The translations under genes and the position numbers were made by a program. DNA of 64,000 bases from an uncultured delta proteobacterium (GTDB lineage: Bacteria; Desulfobacterota; WTBG01; CAIYCZ01; CAIRTM01): positions 256,001 through 320,000 of the forward strand of contig CAWDSQ010000030.1 of the NCBI GenBank assembly GCA_963804955.1. Direction: 5' to 3'. Below, one piece after another: positions 1-10,039 of this stretch. How positions within the stretch are numbered: position 1 is the first letter of the stretch; each line of letters opens with the position of its first letter. The notes beneath the pieces were generated by a model. That model saw only the letters and a list, made by a program, of their open reading frames with translations. It was not told the origin of the DNA and made no database searches.

Positions 1-12
1 ATTCGTTCGAAT

Positions 13-260
13 TTAACGAGTCGGTTCGGCATGCAGCTTAAGCCCCAGGGCTTGAAGCACTTTCATGACCGTATCGAAACGGGGTTTTGCTCCTGATGCG
101 AAAGCTTTATAAAGACTCTCTCGCCCCAAGCCGGAATCACGGGCAATTGTGGCCATTCCTCGCGCCTTGGCCACATCACCAACTGCCGCAAGCAGCAAAT
201 CAAGATCATTTTTTTCCATAACGGCGGAAAGATACTCCGCTATGGTTTCCTCATTATCAG
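13..260 (-). pseudogene. Addiction-module antidote protein (HI1420-like HTH), 5'-truncated remnant
   Basis: Reads DNEETIAEYLSAVMEKND...VAKARGMATIARDSGLGRESLYKAFASGAKPRFDTVMKVLQALG; similarity stops near 260 with no start codon or RBS for the usual N-terminus. Confidence 0.7.
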
Positions 261-484
261 GAAAAATAGGAGATAACCACTAATTAAATTGTCAAGTGGC
301 TGTTTATTTTATTGAAATTGCGGTAAGAAATCAAAGTGCCAGGTCGCGTTAGACTTTTGATGCTGATTAAATGGACCCGGCCTGCATTATTTTCATTTAT
401 AGATTTCTTAGGCTGACTGTTACGTGCCATAAAGAAGGGGGTGAAGAGTACGCTCAAGCCCCCATGTAATCTCTTATAGGCAAA

Positions 485-556
485 TTCCCCGAAGCTCGCT
501 TCGATTGGAAATAAAAACTAAAATCCCGAGTTACCCCGCAGTTTGTTGCGGGGAGG
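485..556. repeat. Short palindromic intergenic element
   Basis: Hairpins cgaagctcgcttcg and ccccgcagtttgttgcgggg; a related hairpin occurs near 45805. Confidence 0.45.
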
Positions 557-999
557 TTTATTAGCAATAAAATGATAAAATTTAATAAAAATTAAATTTT
601 TTTACTACGGCTCTTTTTTATTTTTGTCATAGAAAAAAATATTTTTTTTTCGTGGTTTTATGGCGGATTAAGATTTTTGATGTTATAATAAAAATAAATG
701 GCTTAAATTTTATTTAATCCAGAAAACTTAGTTTTTCTAAGTAAAAAAGCAGTTCAAATAGGGATAAAATAAAGGGGGAAAAGCCCCTATTGATTCACTA
801 GCGGTGAATTCACACAAAATCAGGTTGTAAATAAATCACCTTGTTTTTTTTGACATTTTTAAAGATTAAAAAAACAAAAGAATATTTTTTTAAACATTGA
901 TTTTATTACGAAACATGTTATATATTTTTTAGGTATGAAATAATAAGGTTGCTAATCTGCAGCTTGGGCAAAAAAATAAAGCGAAAGGAGATATCTTAC

Positions 1000-1194
1000 A
1001 TGAAAAAGGAAGCAAGTGATTCAATTATTATGACAGTCGATGAAGTTGCTGAGTATTTGAAGCTTTCAAAAATCACTGTCTACAAACTCACCCAGAAGGG
1101 AGAGATCCCTGGTTTCAGAATTGGAAGTTCATGGCGATATAACCGTCAGGTTATAGACGAGATTGCAAGAGTTGGCACCAAAAAGAGCGCATAG
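1000..1194 (+). CDS. Excisionase-family (HTH_17) DNA-binding protein
   Basis: IMTVDEVAEYLKLSKITVYKLTQKGEIPGFRIGSSWRY motif; AAGGAG RBS upstream of ATG 1000. Confidence 0.85.
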   Translation: MKKEASDSIIMTVDEVAEYLKLSKITVYKLTQKGEIPGFRIGSSWRYNRQVIDEIARVGTKKSA

Positions 1195-1261
1195 TTTTGT
1201 AGCGCCCGCCATACTTTGTAACGCAAGAGATATAACGGACATAAAGGGGTTTGATTCCCTC

Positions 1262-1291
1262 AAAAGGTCTCCAGCATGCTGGAGACCTTTT
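1262..1291. terminator. Intrinsic (bidirectional) terminator
   Basis: Perfect 30-bp palindrome aaaaggtctccagcatgctggagacctttt downstream of the HTH gene. Confidence 0.75.
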
Positions 1292-1429
1292 CTTGTTGTC
1301 TGGATTATAATTGCCTTGAAATTACAGCGCGAATAAGCTAATGTAAGAACCTTATTTTCTGAATGGTTCTGTTTAGATTAATGTGTCATGAAGCCACGAA
1401 GGGTTGTGCACGAAAAGTAAGGAGGATTA

Positions 1430-1516
1430 ATGGGTAAGATAAGCCGTCAGCAGTCTGCTAAAAGAAAGAAAAGAAAAAGAAAAGTTAAAAGAATCGGTAG
1501 AGGAAAAAGAAGATAG
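1430..1516 (+). CDS. 28-aa Lys/Arg-rich small protein (not in ORF track)
   Basis: AAGGAGG RBS then MGKISRQQSAKRKKRKRKVKRIGRGKRR*; ends 7 nt before the queH start. Confidence 0.7.
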   Translation: MGKISRQQSAKRKKRKRKVKRIGRGKRR

Positions 1517-1523
1517 TCCGCCA

Positions 1524-2117
1524 GTGTTGCATGATAAAAGAGATTTGCTGCTTCATGTTTGTTGCGCTCCGTGCGCAACAGCTGTTTTTGAAGCATTGGT
1601 ACAGGACTTTACACTAACAGCTTTTTTCTACAATCCCAATATCCAGCCTGATACGGAATATCAAAAGCGCCTTGAGCATGTACAAACGCTTTGCAGGATG
1701 CAGGATATACCTCTCGTCATACCAGAGTACGACGATGGCAGCTGGGCGCGGCATACGGCCGGCTTGGAACATGAAACTGAAGGCGGCAGTCGCTGCAGTA
1801 TCTGTTTTCAGGTTCGGCTTGCACGTACTGTGTTTGCAGCTCAAACCATGGGTATTGGAACAGTTGCGACAACGCTATCGGTGAGCCCTCATAAAAATGC
1901 CCGTCTTATCAACGATATCGGCTCGGATGCGGCGCAGGGCACGGGCATCATGTTTTTAGATCGTGATTTCAAGAAAAATGATGGATACCGGAAAAGCTGT
2001 GAACTGAGTAGAAAATATGGCCTGTACCGGCAGAAGTATTGCGGCTGCCTGTACAGCCTGCCAATGAAGAGCGAAGATGGAACACCAGTGAGAGCAAAAA
2101 AGCTTTTGAATTTATAG
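1524..2117 (+). CDS. queH: Epoxyqueuosine reductase QueH (DUF208)
   Basis: LLLHVCCAPC, FFYNPNIQP, EGGSRCSIC, YRQKYCGC motifs. Confidence 0.92.
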   Translation: MLHDKRDLLLHVCCAPCATAVFEALVQDFTLTAFFYNPNIQPDTEYQKRLEHVQTLCRMQDIPLVIPEYDDGSWARHTAGLEHETEGGSRCSICFQVRLARTVFAAQTMGIGTVATTLSVSPHKNARLINDIGSDAAQGTGIMFLDRDFKKNDGYRKSCELSRKYGLYRQKYCGCLYSLPMKSEDGTPVRAKKLLNL

Positions 2118-2898
2118 ACATCCTGCCGCGATCTGAAAAACCACGCAGGCAGGGGCTTGTGATGATGCTTGATAAGGGCCTCGGGCTTCATCTTGCAAAG
2201 GACATGGCTGCTGCGGCTCAGTTTATCGATATTGTGAAGCTCGGATGGGCAACCCCCCGCCTTTTTAACGAAGCATTCATCCAGGAAAAGGTGCAAGCTC
2301 TACCGCGATCACGGTATTATGGTCGGCAATGGCGGAACTCTTCTGGAAATAGCCTATCCAGCAGGGCAAAGTCGAACAGTTTCTCGTGTATTGCAGAAAA
2401 CTGGGTCTTGAGCTCATTGAGGTTTCAAACGGCGTCGTGCCCATCAATCCCGGTGAAAAAACAGGTATCATACGCAAAGCCTGCTCCATGGGGTTTTCTG
2501 TCATATCCGAGATCGGTAAAAAAGAACCGGCCGAAGACAGAAGGCTGTCGCTGCCTGACCGCGTCACCGAGGCGAAGCGCGATCTTGATGCCGGAGCGCA
2601 GTACGTGATTATCGAGGCGCGTGAAGGCGGCCGGAATCTCGGGGTTTATGACGAGTCCGGCGGCCTTAAGGAAGATATGGCGCGCTATCTGGCTGAAGAA
2701 ATCGGCATTGAAAATATCATGTTTGAGGCGCCCGAAAAAAGCCAGCAGGCGGAACTGATCCTGCTTTTCGGCAGAGATGTAAACCTCGGCAATATCCGAC
2801 CTGAGGATGTGACATCGCTTGAAACGCTGCGTCGAGGCATACGAGGTGATACGTTTGGCAAAATACCGCATAGCGACCGGCCCTGGCCCGTTCCCTGA
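2077..2898 (+). CDS. comA: Phosphosulfolactate synthase ComA (frameshifted, start approximate)
   Basis: RSEKPRRQGLVMMLDKG, IDIVKLGW, IEVSNG, SEIGKK, VIIEAREGG, IMFEAP, VNLGNI, LETLRRGIRGDT across ORFs 2039 and 2386. Confidence 0.9.
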
Positions 2899-3550
2899 TC
2901 TGCAGGATGAAGAAGTTATAGTCCTCATAGATACGCTGCGTGCCTCAAGCACCATAGTAACAGCTCTCTCCCTTGGCATTGAAACCGTCATCCCCGTTCT
3001 TGATGATCTGCAGGCCTTTTCTCTCAAAAACGACGAAACGGTCATTTCAGGCGAAGCCGGCGGCGTGAAGATTCCCGGGCTATGACATCGGCAATTCGCC
3101 CGTTGAGCTTATTAAAACCTGCCGGCAGTCTTCTTTTTCGACACTTGTTATCAAAACCTCAAATCTTATTCCGCTGCTTGTATCGCTGCCCCGTGCCGTG
3201 GTATGCTCGACCCTGAACCTTGCGGCTGTTGCACGCTTTCTTGCCGGCCGCGAAGCCGTTATTATAGCCTCAGGCGGCAGACGCGGCATTGCAGAGGATT
3301 TGGGCACAGCGCTTGCCCTGGGCAGATATGCTCATGGGCGTGCAATTCGATGCCGGCGGCATAAAGTCTTTTATACAGGAGTCAAATGCGGCGCAGCATC
3401 TGTGCAGCATCGGCTATGCGCAGGATGTTGAATTCATCGCGCGCGTGAATGTGTTTGATATCGTTCCGGTGTATGACGGAAAGGTGATCAGACAAGCAGG
3501 CCTGTACACGCAACTGCGTGCAGGGCCGCCGCAGAGAGCTTACCCTATGA
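2855..3550 (+). CDS. comB: 2-phosphosulfolactate phosphatase ComB (frameshifted)
   Basis: VLIDTLRASSTIVTAL, GEAGGVKIPG-YDIGNSP, C-terminal GYAQDVEFIARVNVFDIVPVY. Confidence 0.85.
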
Positions 3551-4043
3551 TTGATACGCGCATTGTTCACTGCATGCAGGCGGCAGCTGTTGATATGGTT
3601 GTGAGCCTGCCCTGCAATATGCTGTCGGGCATTCTTGACGAAATCGACAGGCTGCCGATCAAGCGCATTCCCGTCTGCCGCGAGGAGGAGGGTGTGGGCA
3701 TTGCGGCAGGTGCGGCGCTGGCAGGCAAAAGGCCCGTGCTGCTGATGCAGAATTCAGGCCTTGGCAATTGCGTGAACGCGCTGGCCTCCCTCACCGGCCT
3801 GTACCGGCTGCCGCTGTTTCTGCTGATGAGCCACCGGGGCGGACCCGGGCGAGCAGATAGCAGCCCAGATCCCCATGGGGCAGGCGGCCCCCGGGCTGCT
3901 TGAAGCGCTTGCTATTCCCTATACGAGCAGTCACAACACCAGCCGATCTGGATACCCTTGCATCCTTCATGCGACAGACATATGCCGACAGCGCTGTCGG
4001 CGCGGCTTTTTTATCGCGGGAGCTGTGGCATGCGGCGAAGTGA
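3547..4043 (+). CDS. comD: Sulfopyruvate decarboxylase subunit alpha (frameshifted)
   Basis: VSLPC, REEEGVGIAAGAALAG, LMQNSGLGN, LMSHRG-EQIAAQIPMG; TPP-enzyme PYR domain; follows comAB. Confidence 0.85.
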
Positions 4044-4583
4044 AATTATAGAGGAAATTGCCCGGCGCGATTGGCTGATTGTGGCAAATATCGGCTATCC
4101 GGCCCGGGAGCTGTTTGCCGCTGCTGACCGGCCGGGCAATTTTTATATGCTCGGCTCCATGGGGCTTGCAAGCTCCATTGGCCTGGGGCTTGCCGTCAGC
4201 CAGCCCGAGCGGGTCTGCGTTATCGACGGCGACGGATCAGTGCTTATGAATCTCGGCTCCCTTGCAACCATAGCCCACCATGCCCCTGATAATTTCTGCC
4301 TGGTCATTGTAGACAACAAGGTCTATGGCAGCACGGGAGGTCAGCCGACCTATACCGGCGGCAAGACCGATCTTGCAGCCCTTGCCCGGGCTGCGGGAAA
4401 TAAGCAGGTAAGCCGTGTCAGCACGAAAGCCCGAGCTGGCACGGGCTCTTGATGAACATGAAGGGCATGCCGCGATTATTATAGCCGATACGGATCCGGG
4501 CAATGAAGACGTGCCCGTCATTCCACTATCGCCAGTTGCAATCAAAGAGCGCTTTATGGCGCGTCTTCATGAAAGGAAAATAA
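4030..4583 (+). CDS. comE: Sulfopyruvate decarboxylase subunit beta (frameshifted)
   Basis: VANIGYPARELF, NFYMLGSMGLASSIGLGLA, IDGDGSVLMN TPP motif, DNKVYGSTGGQPT. Confidence 0.88.
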
Positions 4584-4588
4584 AATCC

Positions 4589-5511
4589 ATGCGCTACCTG
4601 TTCGGTCCTGTCCCGTCCCGAAGGCTCGGGTATTCCCTGGGTGTTGATATCATACCGCATAAGGTCTGCACGCTTGACTGCGTGTACTGTCAGCTCGGGC
4701 CGACAACACTGAAGACCATTGAACGCAGGGCCTATGTCGAGCCCGGTCCCGTTCTTGCCGAACTTGATGAAATTCTTTCACAAAAACTGCAGATAGACTG
4801 CATCACGTTTTCCGGCTCGGGCGAGCCGACGCTTAATACCTGCCTGGGGGATATAATCGCCGGCATAAAAAGCCGCTGCTCCATACCGGTAACGGTGCTC
4901 ACCAACGGGACGCTGCTGCATCTGCCCGAGGTCCGCGCCGGTCTTTTGCAGGCCGATATCGTTTGCCCGTCATTTGATGCGGCCACACCGCAGGCTTTCA
5001 GCAGGATAAACCGTCCGCATGAGAGCCTTATCGCATTGAACATGATGATTGCAGGGTCTGAAAGCATTCCGGCGGGAGTTTTCCGGGAAAATCTATCTTG
5101 AAGTGATGCTTGCCCGCGGAGTCAATGACTCCCCGCAGGAGCTTGAAGCGTTTGCGAAAGTTCTGCCCGAATTCGGAGCTGATCGGATTCAGATTAATAC
5201 CGTGATCCGGCCCGCTGCTGCAGATGGTGTCTGGGCCGTAAGCCCGGCAACGCTTGCAGCAGGCCCGCACCCTTTTCGGTCCGAATGCCGAAATAATCGG
5301 CGGCTTTCTGAAGGAGCGCTCGCTTCATGAGCAGGAGAATATCGCAGACCGCATAGTGCAGCTTGTCGGGCGGCATCCGAGCACCGCACAGGATATCTGC
5401 GCCGCCCTTGGTCTCACCGCTGATCTGGCACATGAATTTTTGAACCAGCTTATCTCGCAGGGCCGCATTTCCAAAACTATACATGGCGGCAGCACGTTTT
5501 ACACGTCGTGA
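4589..5511 (+). CDS. Radical SAM Fe-S oxidoreductase (COG0731-like; frameshifted)
   Basis: FGPVPSRRLGYSLGVD, CTLDCVYC (CxxxCxxC), TFSGSGEPTL, LTNG. Confidence 0.85.
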
Positions 5512-5583
5512 GCTGTTTTTTCCAAAAGCCGTGGGGTGGATCTCCCATGAATGATAGTAGCGCTGCAGCAAAGCCATTGGTTT

Positions 5584-5787
5584 TAGAGCGTGTACCTAAA
5601 TCCGGTAACCGAAAATCAGAAAACAGGGGAGTGCGTTAGCAGTATGACAGCATTTCTTGTCATTCCCGCTTGACGGGAATCCCTTTTGGTGTGCAGAAAA
5701 AGGATTCCGGACAAGCGGAATGACCAGGGTCTGTGTTGCTCGTCAACACAGGAATACGGGCTGCAGTATTTTGTTAAATGCTCTCAG
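5584..5787. mobile_element. MITE-like element, copy 1 (about 200 bp)
   Basis: Ends tagagcg...aaatgctct; internal gtcattcccgc-ttga-cgggaatcc hairpin; closely similar to 44621-44823. Confidence 0.7.
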
Positions 5788-5818
5788 GAAGCGGAGAATA
5801 TGGATTTTCAGAAAACGA

Positions 5819-6529
5819 TTACGCCTTTGGGAGATAGAATCGGGGGTTGCGGGGTTTGTTGTCGCAGCGGATCTGAAAATGCAGATAGGTCTGGGGCTTG
5901 CTGCTGGGTGAGCCTCCGACCTCGGCGATTTTTTGTCCCTTGGTAACGGTCTGTCCCTGCGCGACAAGATTTTTCTGATTATTGGCATATACCGTGGCGT
6001 AATTTTCTTTATGCTCGATGATGATGGTGTTGCCGTAGCCTTCCAGAACACCTGAAAACGCCACTGTTCCTTCCTTGGCAGCCTTGACAGGGGCGCCTTC
6101 AGGCGCTTTTATATTAATGCCATCATGTTTGATGCCGCCGTAAATGCCGTATTCCTCAATGATCTTGCCGCGCACGGGCCAGATAAAAAGGCCCGGCCTG
6201 CTGATGATTTTTTCGGGCTGGGTTTTGTCGGTTGCGGCTTTGGTCTCTGAAAGGCTCCTGGGTTTGTCGGCGCCGGGGATGAAAATTTTATCGCCGGCCT
6301 TAATCAGAGATGTGTCTTTTATATTGTTGATCTCGGCCACATCCTGCAGGCTCACGCCATAGAATTTGCAGATTTTCCAAAGGCTTTCTCTTTTCTGCAC
6401 GGTATGATAGGCGCCGGGCATTGACTGTTTTTTGTCTGGAAGAATCGGGGCAGAGGGGCGAAACAGTGCGCAGGCCTGCAGCAGTAATGCCACACTAAAA
6501 ATAAGCAGCAGTGTTTTTGAAAGTCTCAT
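5819..6529 (-). CDS. nlpD: LysM + M23 peptidase lipoprotein (NlpD-like)
   Basis: Signal with lipobox LQAC, LysM (YHTVQKRESLWKI), FIWPVRG, HDGINI, YLHFQIR; near surE. Confidence 0.82.
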   Translation of the reverse strand: MRLSKTLLLIFSVALLLQACALFRPSAPILPDKKQSMPGAYHTVQKRESLWKICKFYGVSLQDVAEINNIKDTSLIKAGDKIFIPGADKPRSLSETKAATDKTQPEKIISRPGLFIWPVRGKIIEEYGIYGGIKHDGINIKAPEGAPVKAAKEGTVAFSGVLEGYGNTIIIEHKENYATVYANNQKNLVAQGQTVTKGQKIAEVGGSPSSKPQTYLHFQIRCDNKPRNPRFYLPKA

Positions 6530-7000
6530 TGCTGTATTAACCATATGCAGGGCTTTTTCAACCGCCTCCCGGGCAGTATGGGCCTTGATGATTTCAGGGC
6601 CGATGTCCCATGTCTGAAGCCCTATGACGGGCTTGCCAATCTTCAGCGCCAGGGCGATTTCTGAAAGCGTGCCGTATGATCCGTCAACGGCGATTACCGC
6701 CATAGCCGCGCGAACCACCAGAATATTGCGCGCATGGCTCAGCCCTGTCGGTATGGCGATGTCGATATACGGGTTGGCATCGCCGAACTCAAAACCGGGC
6801 AGCAGCCCCACAGTCAGCCCGCCGGCCTCACGTGCGCCTTTTGCCGCCATTTCCATCACACCGCCAAGCCCTCCGCAGAACAGCACGGCATTGTTCAGGG
6901 CAATATGGCGTCCCACATCATAGGCAAGGCGTGCAGCCTCTTTGGAACACTCTCCAGCGCCTATGACGCCGATATGGACCCTGTCTTTTATATCGGCCAT
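6530..7000 (-). CDS. TIGR00725 / LOG-family Rossmann-fold nucleotide-binding protein
   Basis: IGVIGAG, CGGLGGVM, GLLPG, TGLSHARN, GSYGTLSEIALALK; appears fused in frame to nlpD. Confidence 0.85.
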
Positions 7001-7728
7001 GATCGTAAAATCTCAAGTGCTTTGTAGTTTGTAAGATCCGTCTGAATCGGTGTTATTGATGCGCAGGCCTCAGAAACCGCCTCGGCATCGGAGCCGGGAA
7101 TTGCATGGTGCCGGTCGCCATCGCCGCCGATCCAGTAATAGATTTCTCCGCGCGGGTTCATGCGTTTTTCGATAGCTCCCTCATAAATGCTTTTGCCCTG
7201 ATGCGTAAAGCGGTATCCCGCTATCGCGCCTCCCTGCGTGTCGGGGATGTTTATGTTCAGAAAGGTATCCGGCGGCAGGCCATGGCGCAGCACTGCGGCT
7301 GCAACCCGGGCTGCAAACTGAGCAGCCGGGCCGAAATTAAAGTTTGAGCGGCAGGCAAGAGATACCGCTATGGCCGGTATGCCCCAGATAGTGGCTTCAA
7401 AGGCTGCGGCTACAGTACCGGAATAGGGTATATCATCGGCCATGTTGGCGCCCTTGTTGATGCCCGACACGACCAGTCCCGGCTTTTCCGGCAGCAGGCT
7501 GTTCACGGCAAGGTTGATGCAGTCCGACGGGGTGCCGTCAACCATGATGCGGCGTTCGGCAAGAGCTGTCGCCCTGAGGGGCCGGTGGAGCGTGAGCGCC
7601 CTTCCCACGGCGCTCATCCCCTGCGCGGGCGCGACTGTCCAAATCCGGCCGAGGCCCATCAGTGCTTCCTCAAGGGCATGAAGGCCCTCGGACTGAATGC
7701 CGTCGTCGTTTGATAGAAGAATAAGCAT
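6988..7728 (-). CDS. surE: 5'/3'-nucleotidase SurE
   Basis: ILLSNDDG, GTPSDC, VSGINKGAN, YSGTVAAA motifs. Confidence 0.95.
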   Translation of the reverse strand: MLILLSNDDGIQSEGLHALEEALMGLGRIWTVAPAQGMSAVGRALTLHRPLRATALAERRIMVDGTPSDCINLAVNSLLPEKPGLVVSGINKGANMADDIPYSGTVAAAFEATIWGIPAIAVSLACRSNFNFGPAAQFAARVAAAVLRHGLPPDTFLNINIPDTQGGAIAGYRFTHQGKSIYEGAIEKRMNPRGEIYYWIGGDGDRHHAIPGSDAEAVSEACASITPIQTDLTNYKALEILRSWPI

Positions 7729-7936
7729 GATAAAAAATACCCAAAAGGGGTTCGGGTGTCAATTAAAACAGTTGCCGGCCTGATGTCAAAATACATTTTT
7801 ATTGACACAATAACATATATTTTCATATAGTTGGAGTTCTATTCGCAGCCAAATCCATATGAAATCTTCGGCGGATGCTGATCGCGAGCCGTTGCAATCA
7901 TAAATACCACACCAGAAACCAAGGAAGGATAGAGGC

Positions 7937-10031
7937 ATGAAAAAAAACGAGTCAAAGCAGATCAGAAATATTGCCATTACCGGCCACGGCAAATCCGGGA
8001 AAACATCCCTGGCCGAAGCGCTTCTCTTCAGCGGCAAGTCGACGGACCGGCTCTGCAAGGTCGACAATGGCGAATCAGTGCTTGACTTCGAGCAGGAGGA
8101 AAAAGACCGCCACATGACCATCATGAGCTCCTTCCACCATGTATCATGGAAGAAGGCGACAATTAATATTATCGACACACCCGGCGACGCGAATTTCGTT
8201 GCCGACACCTATAACAGCCTGCAGGTCGTTGACGGCGCCGTCCTGGTTGTGGATGCTTCATCGGGCGTGCAGCTCATTACCGAGAAGATCTGGCAGCGCC
8301 TGCGCGAGAACAAAGTCCCCTGCCATCATCGTCATCAATAAGCTGGACCGCGAGAATACCGATTTTTACAGGGTTTTTGAAAATATAAAAAACATGCTCA
8401 AGGCAAAGGTCACGCCGCTGCAGATACCCATCGGCAGTCAGGCGAACTTTAAGGGCTTTGTCGATCTGGTGAAACTGAAGGGCTATGCCTTCGCCGCTGA
8501 TGATTCCGGCAACACCTCCGACTGTGACATTCCCGCTGATATTAAAGAACAAGCCGATGAGCTGCGCATGCAGCTCATCGAAGATGTGGCAGAGTCAAGC
8601 GAGGAGCTCATGGAGAAATATCTCGACGGCCAGGAGCTTTCAGATGATGAAATAGCCGCCGGCATCAGGGCCGGCGTTCAGTCAGGCAGCCTCGTCGGTG
8701 TGCTGTGCGCATCGGGGATCAAGAATTTCGGCGCCAAACAGCTTATGGATTTTGTTGTGCAGTTTTTTCCGTCACCGCTTGAGCGGCCTGCTATTCAGGC
8801 ACTAGATGCCAGGTCGGGCGAGCTGAAAGAAGTAATCCCATCCGAGGACGGGCCGCTGTTTGCCTATGTATTCAAGACGATTGCCGACCCCTATGCCGGT
8901 AAGCTCACCATTTTTCGGGTTTTCTCAGGGTCGCTTGCAGCTGATGCAACAGTGTATAATGCCAGGAAAAGGGTCAAAGAAAAGATCGGCTCCATTCTGC
9001 AGCTTGAAGGCAAGGCGCAGAAGCCCATTGACATGGCCGTAGCCGGCGATATCGTGGCGCTGGCAAAATTGCGCGAAACAACCACGGGCGACACCTTCGG
9101 GGTGGAGGGCAAGGAGCTGAACTTCAAGAGTATCGAACATGTCAGGCCGGTTACTTCCTACGCTATCGTCCCGAAGAGCCGCGGCGACGAAGATAAGATG
9201 GCAGGCGCTTTCGCCCGACTGATGGAAGAGGACCCAACGCTGGTCATGAAGCGCGATGAGCAGACCTTCGAGTTCATTCTTTCGGGCGTCGGCCAGGCCC
9301 ACCTTGATGTGACCGTTGCGAAAATGAAACGCAAATTCGGCGTCGAGATCGACATGCAGCTGCCGCGCATTCCCTATCAGGAAACCATCAAGGGAAAAAC
9401 CAGGGTCCAGGGCAAGCATAAAAAACAGACCGGCGGCCGCGGGCAGTTCGCCGACACCTGGATTCAGATCGAGCCCAATGCCCGTGGCGGCGGATTCGAG
9501 TTTGTTGATAAGATCGTTGGCGGCGCCATTCCGCGCAACTATATACCCGCTGTTGAGAAGGGTATCGTCAATCAGATGAAAAAGGGCATCATCGCAGGCT
9601 ATCCGATCGTCGACGTGCGGGTTCTACTCGACGACGGCGGCTACCATGATGTCGATTCGTCAGATATGGCTTTCCAGATAGCAGGGTCCAAGGGCTTTAA
9701 AAAGGGTTTTGTTGAATGCAGCCCGATTCTGCTCGAGCCCATTATGACGGTTGAGGTGACTGTGCCGGAGGACATGACCGGCGACATCATGGGCGACATG
9801 AACAGCCGTCGCGGCCGCGTTCTCGGCATGGAGCAGAGCGTGGGCGGGCAGCTCATCAAGGCCATGGTGCCCCTGTCGGAGATGCAGCGCTATGCGGTTG
9901 AACTCATATCCATGACCAGCGGCAGGGGCATGTTTACCATGGAGTTCGACCACTATGAAGAAGTTCCGCAGCATTTAACGCAGAAGATTATAGCCGCCTC
10001 CAAGCACGGAGAGGAAGAAGACGACGAATAA
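7937..10031 (+). CDS. fusA: Elongation factor G paralog (divergent EF-G2 type; frameshift near 8320)
   Basis: IRNIAITGHGKSGKT, DTPG, NKLD, KKQTGGRGQF, DSSDMAF, LLEPIM. Confidence 0.9.
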
Positions 10032-10039
10032 TTATTGAG

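Noticed and set aside
560..950. Replication origin in the AT-rich stretch
   Set aside because: No DnaA-box cluster or iterons seen; better explained as a promoter region
1000..1194. Prophage excisionase marking a prophage
   Set aside because: No integrase or phage genes in the window; standalone HTH_17 regulators are common
3289..5101. ComB-ComD and ComE-radical SAM fusions in the ORF track
   Set aside because: Each downstream gene has its own plausible start, nearby out-of-frame stops exist, and the region is indel-rich
5819..7000. Novel LOG-NlpD fusion protein (393 aa)
   Set aside because: An internal ATG with signal peptide and lipobox at 6529 and an ATGA overlap indicate two genes fused by an indel
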